Shown: positions 38,982-47,285 of the stretch, one piece after another
Layout: each line of letters starts with the position of its first letter
Numbering within the stretch: the first letter of the stretch is position 1
NCBI GenBank assembly: GCA_020725385.1
Contig: DYFC01000016.1
Location: 1 to 49,292, forward strand
Direction of reading: 5' to 3'
Length of the DNA: 49,292 nt
Origin: Nitrospira japonica
GTDB lineage: Bacteria > Nitrospirota > Thermodesulfovibrionia > Thermodesulfovibrionales > SM23-35
Notes under the pieces: generated by a model
What the model was told of the DNA's origin: nothing
Database searches by the model: none
The model's input: the letters and a program-made list of their open reading frames with translations, nothing else
Position numbers and translations under genes: made by a program

Positions 38982-39751
38982 GACAATATTGTTAAATCAC
39001 CGGAGATTATCTTCTTTTGTTCACCATTTTGTAGTTTTAAAATAAGAGCACCTTTTTCGTCAATGTCCTGGGCAATTCCTTCAAAAGTTTCTTGTACAGT
39101 TACAACTTTTACTTTTTTACCAATTGTTGAAGTCAATTCTTTCCATTTATCTACGATTACTTTTCTATTAGTTAATAATACTTCATACCATTTGTTTAAC
39201 TCATTCAGTAGCTCTATTAATACCTCTGTTCTCGAAAAGCTTTTTTTTGTTTCATCTCTTAGAGAAGTTGCAATGTTTCGTATATCTTCGGGGAAATCTT
39301 TTAAATCCGCGTTTACATTGATACCAATTCCTAAAACAGCAAAAACAATTTTTTTATGTTCACTTTTAAGTTCTGTAAGTATCCCGCCGATTTTTCGATT
39401 TCGAAATATCAAATCATTAGGCCATTTAATTGTTATTTCAAGTCCGCTTATTTTTCTGAGAGTTATAGTGCATGCAACAGCAGCCATAATAGTTATAAGA
39501 GTCGCATCTGTCAATTCAATTAAAGGCTTAAGAACTATACTCATGTAAATATTTAAACCCGGTGGAGAAACCCATGTTCTACCCAGTCTTCCTTTGCCCT
39601 TTAGTTGACTCTCAGCGAGTATTACCAGACCTTCTTTAGAGTTGAGTGCTTTTTCAAAGGCTGCTGTATTGGTTGAGTCAATTACAGGGTAAAACAATAT
39701 TTCTCTGCCTATATTTCCTTTTACACCCTGTCTTATTTTTTCTATATTCAA
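38978..39751 (-). CDS. birA: Biotin--protein ligase (no N-terminal HTH)
   Basis: DSTN, Q.KGKGRLGRTW.SP, KWPND, KIGGILTE, GIGIN. Confidence 0.95.
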   Translation of the reverse strand: MNIEKIRQGVKGNIGREILFYPVIDSTNTAAFEKALNSKEGLVILAESQLKGKGRLGRTWVSPPGLNIYMSIVLKPLIELTDATLITIMAAVACTITLRKISGLEITIKWPNDLIFRNRKIGGILTELKSEHKKIVFAVLGIGINVNADLKDFPEDIRNIATSLRDETKKSFSRTEVLIELLNELNKWYEVLLTNRKVIVDKWKELTSTIGKKVKVVTVQETFEGIAQDIDEKGALILKLQNGEQKKIISGDLTILS

Positions 39752-39754
39752 ATT

Positions 39755-40456
39755 CTATTCTTGCTTTAAAATTATAACCTCGATTTTCCCTTTAAGAGCA
39801 TCAGCAAATTTTTTTGCATCATCTTTTGTGCCAACGATTGAATCATAATGCATAGGTATTGCAATAGATGGTTTAATATCCAATGCTGCTTTCACTGCTT
39901 CATCTGCGGTCATTACATAGGTGCCGGAAACCGGTAGTAGAGCAATATCTGCCTTAAAGTTTTTCATTTCAGGTATGTAGTCAGTGTCGCCTGCGATATA
40001 AATTCTTTTGCCTTTAACAGTAAAAATATATCCAACCCAGTTATTGGATTTTGGATGGAATTTTTTATTTGTATTATAAGAAGGGACGGCCTCTATCTCG
40101 ATGCCTTCAATATTTAATTTATCTCCTGGTTTTACTGTTTTTACCTTCCCAGATAGTTTTTTGACACAATCTTCCGTTGCTACAATAACTGTGTTTGGCC
40201 CCTGTAACATTTTTACGTCGTCAGGTGAACAATGATCAAAATGTTCATGGGTTATTAAGATAATATCAGCAACGTCTTTCTTTTTAATTTTAAAAGGATC
40301 GGTATAAATAACTTTTTCACCCACTATTTTGAAGGTATCATGTCCGAGCCAATGTATATCTTTTATCATTGTCTGAACCTCCTTCCCCCCTGCCAGTGTT
40401 AAGACAGGCAGCAGAGTAAAAAACATCGTTAACAGAATAGAAACAATACTTTTCAT
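39755..40456 (-). CDS. MBL-fold metallo-hydrolase; signal peptide, alternative start at 40369
   Basis: WLGH, THEHFDH, AGDT, AIPMHY. Confidence 0.9.
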   Translation of the reverse strand: MKSIVSILLTMFFTLLPVLTLAGGKEVQTMIKDIHWLGHDTFKIVGEKVIYTDPFKIKKKDVADIILITHEHFDHCSPDDVKMLQGPNTVIVATEDCVKKLSGKVKTVKPGDKLNIEGIEIEAVPSYNTNKKFHPKSNNWVGYIFTVKGKRIYIAGDTDYIPEMKNFKADIALLPVSGTYVMTADEAVKAALDIKPSIAIPMHYDSIVGTKDDAKKFADALKGKIEVIILKQE

Positions 40457-40541
40457 AATATAATCCCTTTCCTTTTTAGGAAATTATAGCATAAATGACA
40501 TGGTATAATAATATATTTATCAAGCAAGTTAAATAAATAAT

Positions 40542-41321
40542 ATGGGCAAAGTTATTACTATAGTCAATCAAAAGGGCGGGGTTGGAAAAACAACAACTGC
40601 AATAAACCTTTCAGCTTCTTTAGCTCTTGCTGAAAAGGAAATACTTATAATAGATACTGACCCTCAGGGCAATTCAACATCAGGACTTGGCATATCAAGA
40701 GAAGGAATCGAAAGAAGTCTTTATGATGTATATATGGGAAGGTGCTCAATTATTGATGCTTTACAGAGTACCCAAATTGAGCATTTAAGCATAGTACCTT
40801 CCACTGTTGATTTACTTGCAGTGGAAGTTGAATTAGTTTCAAAAGAAAGACGTGAATATATTCTATCGAGTTCAATAGAAAGTATAAAAGAAAAATACCG
40901 CTATATTTTTATTGATTGCCCTCCTTCATTAAGCCTTCTTACTCTGAATGCCCTTGTTGCTGCAGATTCAGTGATTGTTCCTGTTCAATGCGAATACTAT
41001 GCTCTTGAAGGATTGGGCTTGCTGACAAGAACCTTAAGGCTTGTTAGAAACTCATTTAGACCCGAACTTGAAATTGAAGGAATTCTTCTTACCATGTTTG
41101 ATTCAAGAAACAATCTATCACAGGAAGTAGCAAATGAAGTGAGGAAACATTTTGGTGATAAAGTATATAATACTGTTATTCCAAGAAATGTTACTTTGGG
41201 TGAATCACCGAGTCACGGCAAACCCGCAATATTATACGACATACGCTCAAAAGGTGCTCAAAGTTATCTAACCCTTGCTAAGGAGATATTAAATGAAAAC
41301 GGCATTGGGCAAAGGTCTTGA
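40542..41321 (+). CDS. parA: Chromosome partitioning ATPase ParA/Soj
   Basis: NQKGGVGKTTT, DPQGN, DCPPSL, QCEYYALEG, IPRNV. Confidence 0.97.
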   Translation: MGKVITIVNQKGGVGKTTTAINLSASLALAEKEILIIDTDPQGNSTSGLGISREGIERSLYDVYMGRCSIIDALQSTQIEHLSIVPSTVDLLAVEVELVSKERREYILSSSIESIKEKYRYIFIDCPPSLSLLTLNALVAADSVIVPVQCEYYALEGLGLLTRTLRLVRNSFRPELEIEGILLTMFDSRNNLSQEVANEVRKHFGDKVYNTVIPRNVTLGESPSHGKPAILYDIRSKGAQSYLTLAKEILNENGIGQRS

Positions 41322-42111
41322 AGCTTTAATACCCGAAAGGGGAGAAGAAGTAATAAATATTGATATTGAACGCATATTTCCAGGGGAACAACAGCCGAGA
41401 AAAACTTTTAAAGATGAATCACTTAAAGAACTTGCTGCTTCAATCAAAGAAAAAGGTGTATTGCAGCCAATAATAGTATCGAGAGTAGGAGATGGTACAT
41501 TCAGATTAATCGCAGGCGAACGTAGATGCAGGGCTGCATTGCTTGCAGGACTTAAGAAAATTCCTGCTTTAATAAAGAATGTTGCTTCAAAAGATTCACT
41601 TGAAATTGCTCTCATAGAAAATATTCAACGTGAAGATTTAAATCCTGTTGAAACAGCAGAAGCTTTTAATAAACTGATTTCTGATTTCAATCTTACACAG
41701 GAAGAACTTTCAGAAAGAGTCGGAAAAGACAGGGCAACAATAGCAAATTATTTGAGATTACTTAAACTTCCCGATGAAGTAAAATCCCTAATGTATAACG
41801 GTTCTTTGAGCATAGGACATGCAAAGGCTATTCTTTCAATTGAGGGAAAAACAAATCAAATAGAGGCTGCACGAAAAATTGTTCAAAAGGGATTAAGCGT
41901 TAGGGAGGCCGAAGCAATTACAAAAAAAGTAATAAAGACCCGTAAAAAAGAAGTTATAAAAGACCCCCAGATAAATTTGCTCGAAGATAAATTAATAAAG
42001 AACCTGGGGACTAAAGTTAGGATTATTTCTCATGGTAAGAAAGGGAAAATAGAGATTGAATATTATTCCTATGAAGAACTTGAAAGGCTACTTGATATAT
42101 TATTGGGTTAG
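41293..42111 (+). CDS. parB: Chromosome partitioning protein ParB/Spo0J
   Basis: ALGKGLEAL, QPRK, IAGERR, ENIQREDL, HTH (GKDRATIANYLRLL). Confidence 0.97.
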   Translation: MKTALGKGLEALIPERGEEVINIDIERIFPGEQQPRKTFKDESLKELAASIKEKGVLQPIIVSRVGDGTFRLIAGERRCRAALLAGLKKIPALIKNVASKDSLEIALIENIQREDLNPVETAEAFNKLISDFNLTQEELSERVGKDRATIANYLRLLKLPDEVKSLMYNGSLSIGHAKAILSIEGKTNQIEAARKIVQKGLSVREAEAITKKVIKTRKKEVIKDPQINLLEDKLIKNLGTKVRIISHGKKGKIEIEYYSYEELERLLDILLG

Positions 42112-42119
42112 GAGGATAT

Positions 42120-43067
42120 ATGCAGGAAGAGACAACTCTTTATGATGTAACTATAATTGGCGGCGGTCCGGCAGGTCTTACAGCAGGACAATATGCTTCA
42201 AGGGCAAAACTAAAGACAATAATTCTTGATAAATCCAAAACAGCAGGCGCGCTTGCATATTCAAGCAAGATAGAAAATTATCCCGGGCTTACATCACCCT
42301 TGCCTGGCAAAGATTTGCTTGATATTATGCGTCAACAGGCGATTAAGTTCGGTTCTGAATATATCGAGACACAAGTTGTAGGAGTCAACCTGTCAGGTGA
42401 GATAAAAGAAATCATTACAATGGATAAAACATATCAATCCAAAACAGTAATAATTGCAACAGGTTCTATGGGAAGAAAAGCAACAATTAAAGGTGAAGCT
42501 GAGTTTCTGGGCAGGGGTGTTAGTTATTGCGCAATATGTGATGCTGCTTTCTATAAAGGCATGACTGTTTGTGTAATAGGAAATTCAGAAGAAGCAGTTA
42601 AAGAAGCAGGCGTTCTTACAAAATTTGCCGATACCGTATATCTTATTTCTCCAACATCAAAGCTTAGTGTAGATGAACATCCTGCTCTTTCAGAGCCAAA
42701 AATAAAGATTCTCACAGGATATATTGTAACATCTATCGAAGGCAGCGATTCTGTTGAAAAAATTAAAATGCTTGACCCTGATAAAAAAGAATTTGAACTT
42801 CCTTTATCAGGAGTTTTTGTGTATCTTCATGGCAATAAACCTGTTGTTGATTTTCTATATGGAGCTATCGAAACAGGCGAGGATGGTTGTATACCTGTCA
42901 ATAATATGATGGAAACATCAATACCGGGAGTTTTTGCAGCAGGAGATGTGACATGTACAGAAGTAAGACAGGTTGTTATCGCTGCCTCACAGGGCTGCCT
43001 TGCAGCACTTTCAGCAGAAAAGTTTATTTATAAAAGAACAAGATTAAAAATGGATTGGGGCAAATAA
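42120..43067 (+). CDS. trxB: Flavin thioredoxin reductase, probably NADPH-independent (FFTR/DTR type)
   Basis: GGGPAG, GVSYCAICD, FAAGD; NADPH-binding motifs absent; C-terminal DW. Confidence 0.85.
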   Translation: MQEETTLYDVTIIGGGPAGLTAGQYASRAKLKTIILDKSKTAGALAYSSKIENYPGLTSPLPGKDLLDIMRQQAIKFGSEYIETQVVGVNLSGEIKEIITMDKTYQSKTVIIATGSMGRKATIKGEAEFLGRGVSYCAICDAAFYKGMTVCVIGNSEEAVKEAGVLTKFADTVYLISPTSKLSVDEHPALSEPKIKILTGYIVTSIEGSDSVEKIKMLDPDKKEFELPLSGVFVYLHGNKPVVDFLYGAIETGEDGCIPVNNMMETSIPGVFAAGDVTCTEVRQVVIAASQGCLAALSAEKFIYKRTRLKMDWGK

Positions 43068-43141
43068 ACAAAATTAAAATGCAATATTTTATATTTCAAT
43101 ATAACCCCATCTTGATGAAAAAGTCATGCTTTTTGAAGTAC

Positions 43142-43861
43142 TTAATGACTTAATTTAATTTTTACCAAATCCTTTAAACATTGCAGAGAATCTTTGAAAG
43201 GTTTGACTTTAGAATCAGGCGAATTTAACCATTTGATCGGCACTTCTTTTATTTTGTAACCTTCTTTTTTTGCTATATAAAGAATTTCAATATCGTAAGC
43301 AAACCGATCAATTACTGCTTTTCTAAAGAGGCTCCTTCCAATTTCTCCTCTAAATAGCTTAAATCCACATTGCGTATCCAAAAAATCAATACTTGCTATT
43401 GTTCTTACAATTTTATTAAATGTTCTACCCATAAATTCACGCCACCATGGTTGTCTTATTACTATTTCACTTTCTTTTAGAGCCCTTGAACCAATAGCAA
43501 TATCATATTCTTTTTCACAATAAACTATGAGCTTTTCAACTTCTTCAATCGGAGTGGATAAATCAGCGTCAGAAATTAGAATAAAATCACCTTTTGAGAT
43601 GTTTACACCATATTTAAGTGCAAATCCCTTCCCTTTGTTAATATCATACCCGGTAACATGTAACGTCTTGATGCTATTTTTAGCCTGCATAAGAACTTCT
43701 AATGTGTTGTCATTGCTTCCATCATTAACAACAATTATTTCAAAATCTCTAAAAATTTTGCCGCAGTATTCATTAATCTTAAAAAGTGTAGAAAGAATAC
43801 GTTTAGATTCGTTATAAGCTGGAATTATTATCGAGATAGAGTTCTGTTTTTTGTTAAGCAT
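43142..43861 (-). CDS. GT2 dolichyl/polyprenyl-phosphate beta-glucosyltransferase (ALG5/DPG-synthase-like)
   Basis: IIPAYNE, VNDGS, NKGKG, DADLSTP, AIGSR, DTQCGFKLF, FAYDIEIL, EVPIKW; ATG at 43861 preferred over TTG at 43876. Confidence 0.88.
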   Translation of the reverse strand: MLNKKQNSISIIIPAYNESKRILSTLFKINEYCGKIFRDFEIIVVNDGSNDNTLEVLMQAKNSIKTLHVTGYDINKGKGFALKYGVNISKGDFILISDADLSTPIEEVEKLIVYCEKEYDIAIGSRALKESEIVIRQPWWREFMGRTFNKIVRTIASIDFLDTQCGFKLFRGEIGRSLFRKAVIDRFAYDIEILYIAKKEGYKIKEVPIKWLNSPDSKVKPFKDSLQCLKDLVKIKLSH

Positions 43862-43998
43862 TTGAATATTAAACAATATTTTTTTAAAAAAGTCTATTTA
43901 TGTCCTTATTACTACTTAATATTCTGGAATAAGATTTCGATTTACCTGAAAGTAATGAGTCGTAATTCTGCCCTAACCCTTGCATTTATTCGATTATT

Positions 43999-45225
43999 TT
44001 AAAGAAAGAACAATCTATTTCTAATAAGATAAAAAAATATAGCTGAAATTATAAAAAACCATAATACTGTAACATATTCAACAAAATTATTATCACTTTT
44101 TTTAAATAAAATAAATAAGGAGTATGGAATTATGTAATATCTTTGTTCTATAAAGGAAGAAGGAATTAAATATACAAGTGTTAAAGGATACAGAAAATAA
44201 TAATACTTTTTTAAAAGACAGGTTACTCTAATGGAGAGAATGGAATATGCAATTGGCAAATAGAATAGAGCTTTAAAAATATCAGATTGGAAGTAACTTA
44301 ATAGTATATTTCTCAAAAAAAACAAGCCATAATTATATGGGTGTAATTTAAATGTAATAAAATATATTGGAAACATTAGAAAAATTAATAGTAAAAATTT
44401 TTTATCTGTTTTAATCATATTTTTAATCCTTTGAAAATTTTGGATATTTAAAGGTAGAAAAAGAAAGAAAAAAATAAAAAGCATAAAGAATATATTGCTA
44501 CTTGAGAGAGATAATTTATGCATTTCTTTATCTCCTATTGCTACTCCTTTGTTGAGAATCACAAAGATAATAAAAAGAATAATAACAATAATAAAAACAA
44601 AAGAATCTTTAATAAAAATCTTCAATTTATCGATTATAAGTTTAGAATTGTAATTTTGAGAATATATAATTGAAAGTGCAAATATTATCCAAATAATATT
44701 ATTCTGTCTTATAGTTATACTTAATAATCCAATAATACCTGAAATATAATAATTTTTTCGAATGGCCAGAAGAAGTGTTAATAAAACAAAAGATAAGGAA
44801 ACCATATCTGTATAACATAAAAAGAAGAATGGGAACGATATTGGTAAAAAAGAAAACTGTAATAATTTATATTCGGAGATTGAATGGTTGATATTTTTTA
44901 AAAGGAAGAAAAAAAATATGATTGAGGTTAGAGAAAGTATGAAAGAAAATAATCTAAAAGTCGCTATATTGGATGTATGAAAAAGATAAGATAATCCGGC
45001 GATAAAAATATGATAACCCGGCAACATTGTTAGTTCGGGGATTAAAGTGAAATCATGACATAAGAATTTTACTATTTGATTAAAGTGAACATCTTCATCA
45101 GCTATTAAGTTGATATTTTTTATCAATAGAAAACAAAAAACAAAGACCGTTAAAATAAAAATTAATCCAAAATACAGATTTTTATAAATAACTAAATTAT
45201 TAGTAAGTTTTTTGAAGTGATCCAT
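43999..45225 (-). CDS. ALG10/DIE2-like GT-C membrane glucosyltransferase
   Basis: Multi-TM; ordered motifs DEDVHFNQ, LTMLPGY, FLCYTD, RQNNIIW, NKGVAIGDKEMH, HPY, EQRYYIIPY. Confidence 0.78.
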   Translation of the reverse strand: MDHFKKLTNNLVIYKNLYFGLIFILTVFVFCFLLIKNINLIADEDVHFNQIVKFLCHDFTLIPELTMLPGYHIFIAGLSYLFHTSNIATFRLFSFILSLTSIIFFFFLLKNINHSISEYKLLQFSFLPISFPFFFLCYTDMVSLSFVLLTLLLAIRKNYYISGIIGLLSITIRQNNIIWIIFALSIIYSQNYNSKLIIDKLKIFIKDSFVFIIVIILFIIFVILNKGVAIGDKEMHKLSLSSSNIFFMLFIFFFLFLPLNIQNFQRIKNMIKTDKKFLLLIFLMFPIYFITFKLHPYNYGLFFLRNILLSYFQSDIFKALFYLPIAYSILSIRVTCLLKKYYYFLYPLTLVYLIPSSFIEQRYYIIPYSLFILFKKSDNNFVEYVTVLWFFIISAIFFYLIRNRLFFL

Positions 45226-45508
45226 TTTAAAAACAAATATCTATTTAAAATAGTTTTTATCCGATCATTGCTTATTATTTGTATCACCCAAATTGTAAAA
45301 ATCTATATAAAATTAAAACAAGCCTGGTTTTAATATAAAATTCCTCTCAGTAAAATATATTGCAACATCATATTATAATGAATTAACATTTATTGAAATG
45401 TTATTAAAACGGTTATGTAAAACCTGTTACTCTATTTGAGAAACTTTCACTAAAAGATGTAAAGATTTGCAAATCAAATCATATTTAAAATAATGAATTA
45501 GAATTTAC

Positions 45509-47053
45509 TCATTTAGCTTTTTGTTTTAATAAAATATTTATCATAGGTCCAATAACAAGAAAAACTATCCAGCCTAAAGAATGAAGATAACGTACTGTTA
45601 CTCCCTCACAAAAAGTACATGAGACAAGAACTATTAAAAATGATATATAGAAAACAAAGAAATTGAGTATTCTGTAATCTTTGCCATATATGAATATATT
45701 TAGAAATGCAAAAAAAGGTAAACAAAGTAAAAATAAATACCAGAACCATATTTTCATATGATATTTAACAATTAATGTTCTGAGAAAAGGCAATTTTTCT
45801 CCATCAAGATTGAAATTATCTTTTAAGGCTTTTAACATATATTCTGGTAGTGGTCTGTCTCCCTCGTCATTTAATAAACTACGCTTTAAATATGATAAAT
45901 TCCAAAAATCTTTAAATGTTTTAAAAATAACTGAAATAACCCCGAAGGGGTCTCTCTTTAAAGCATTCAATGCAGTTTTTAGGGCTAAATTATCAGCCTT
46001 AATAGAATCAGGAAAAGCTTCGTTCAAACGGGCAATAATTCCATCAGATTGCCAGTGATGAAATACCCGATTATAATGATTTTTTGGATCATAATTTAAA
46101 TCTTTGAAAATTCTTTCTGCTACTTCAGGTATGGGAAAATCTTCTTGTTCAACTACTGGTAGAAAAGCTACCATCATGATGGTTCCACTTTTGTATTGAT
46201 AAGCAGGAGGATTTTTAGATAAATATCCATTAAGATTTTTATATCCGAGGTGAAAGATAAATGTTGATAAAACAGAAACAAGAATATGAAAAGCAATCAT
46301 ACTGATAAGCCATCTTTTTTTAAAAGTATCTTCTGAAAAAATATACTTCTTAAAAATCATTGGATAGAAACTAAATTGAGTTCTTTGAAAGAATAAAGCA
46401 AGAATAGGAAGCATTAAAGTGTTAATTAAAACAATAGGAAGATAGCTTAACCTTAAACTAATTAAACATGTGCCTATAATTTGTATAATTACTAACAATA
46501 ATAAACGAGGTTTTCTAAAATAAAGAAATATTATAAGTATGTATATTGTGAATAAGAACAAAGAAAATGCCTCTGTCATTACAAAACGCTCATACATAAG
46601 CTGTAAAGGTTCTAAAGTACAAATTAAGGCTGATAGAAAAGCTCTTCTAAAATTAAATGAGAAAAAAGTAATAAGAATGTAAGAAATAATAATAGCATTA
46701 AAACAACTCGTTGCAATCTGAATTGATATTAAAGTAGTAAGTGAATGAGATGCAATGGCTGTATATTTGATAATAAACCCATAAATAAATGACCTATCCG
46801 GAGGAATCCAATTATTAATAGCGGTAGATAAATAGCTCCATGAATCACCTAAAAAAAACCTTGGTATTGGATCTATGCAAAAAATAATAAATTTAATGAA
46901 AATAATTGTAAGTAATAAAAATAACCAATATAATTGATTAGATTTATTATTTAATTTTGATAAATCTTTAATTCCCAATTTTAACATTTTTAAAAATTCA
47001 AAAATTCGCTTAATAATATAACATAAAATAAAAAGCTTTATTATTTGTCTCAT
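45509..47053 (-). CDS. Multi-pass membrane protein, GT-C-like glycosyltransferase (start uncertain; 46987 possible)
   Basis: GDSWSY and PDRSFIYG in the first loop, ERFVMTEAF, late VRYLH, many TM segments. Confidence 0.62.
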   Translation of the reverse strand: MRQIIKLFILCYIIKRIFEFLKMLKLGIKDLSKLNNKSNQLYWLFLLLTIIFIKFIIFCIDPIPRFFLGDSWSYLSTAINNWIPPDRSFIYGFIIKYTAIASHSLTTLISIQIATSCFNAIIISYILITFFSFNFRRAFLSALICTLEPLQLMYERFVMTEAFSLFLFTIYILIIFLYFRKPRLLLLVIIQIIGTCLISLRLSYLPIVLINTLMLPILALFFQRTQFSFYPMIFKKYIFSEDTFKKRWLISMIAFHILVSVLSTFIFHLGYKNLNGYLSKNPPAYQYKSGTIMMVAFLPVVEQEDFPIPEVAERIFKDLNYDPKNHYNRVFHHWQSDGIIARLNEAFPDSIKADNLALKTALNALKRDPFGVISVIFKTFKDFWNLSYLKRSLLNDEGDRPLPEYMLKALKDNFNLDGEKLPFLRTLIVKYHMKIWFWYLFLLCLPFFAFLNIFIYGKDYRILNFFVFYISFLIVLVSCTFCEGVTVRYLHSLGWIVFLVIGPMINILLKQKAK

Positions 47054-47285
47054 CAGATTTTTAGGTCATATTCGAATTTCTTATTTGTTTTGGATAAATT
47101 ATAATATCGAAAAAAAATTAATTGTGTTTTTATTCAATTTGATGTAGAGTCATAAACGATATTATATTTTCAATGTAATCTATTAGATGTTTTTGAGACT
47201 AAAATAATAAATCATGATATAAAGCGGAACTAAAACATATTAATGTATTGATGTCAGAAATGAATAAAAATACTTAAAAAATATT

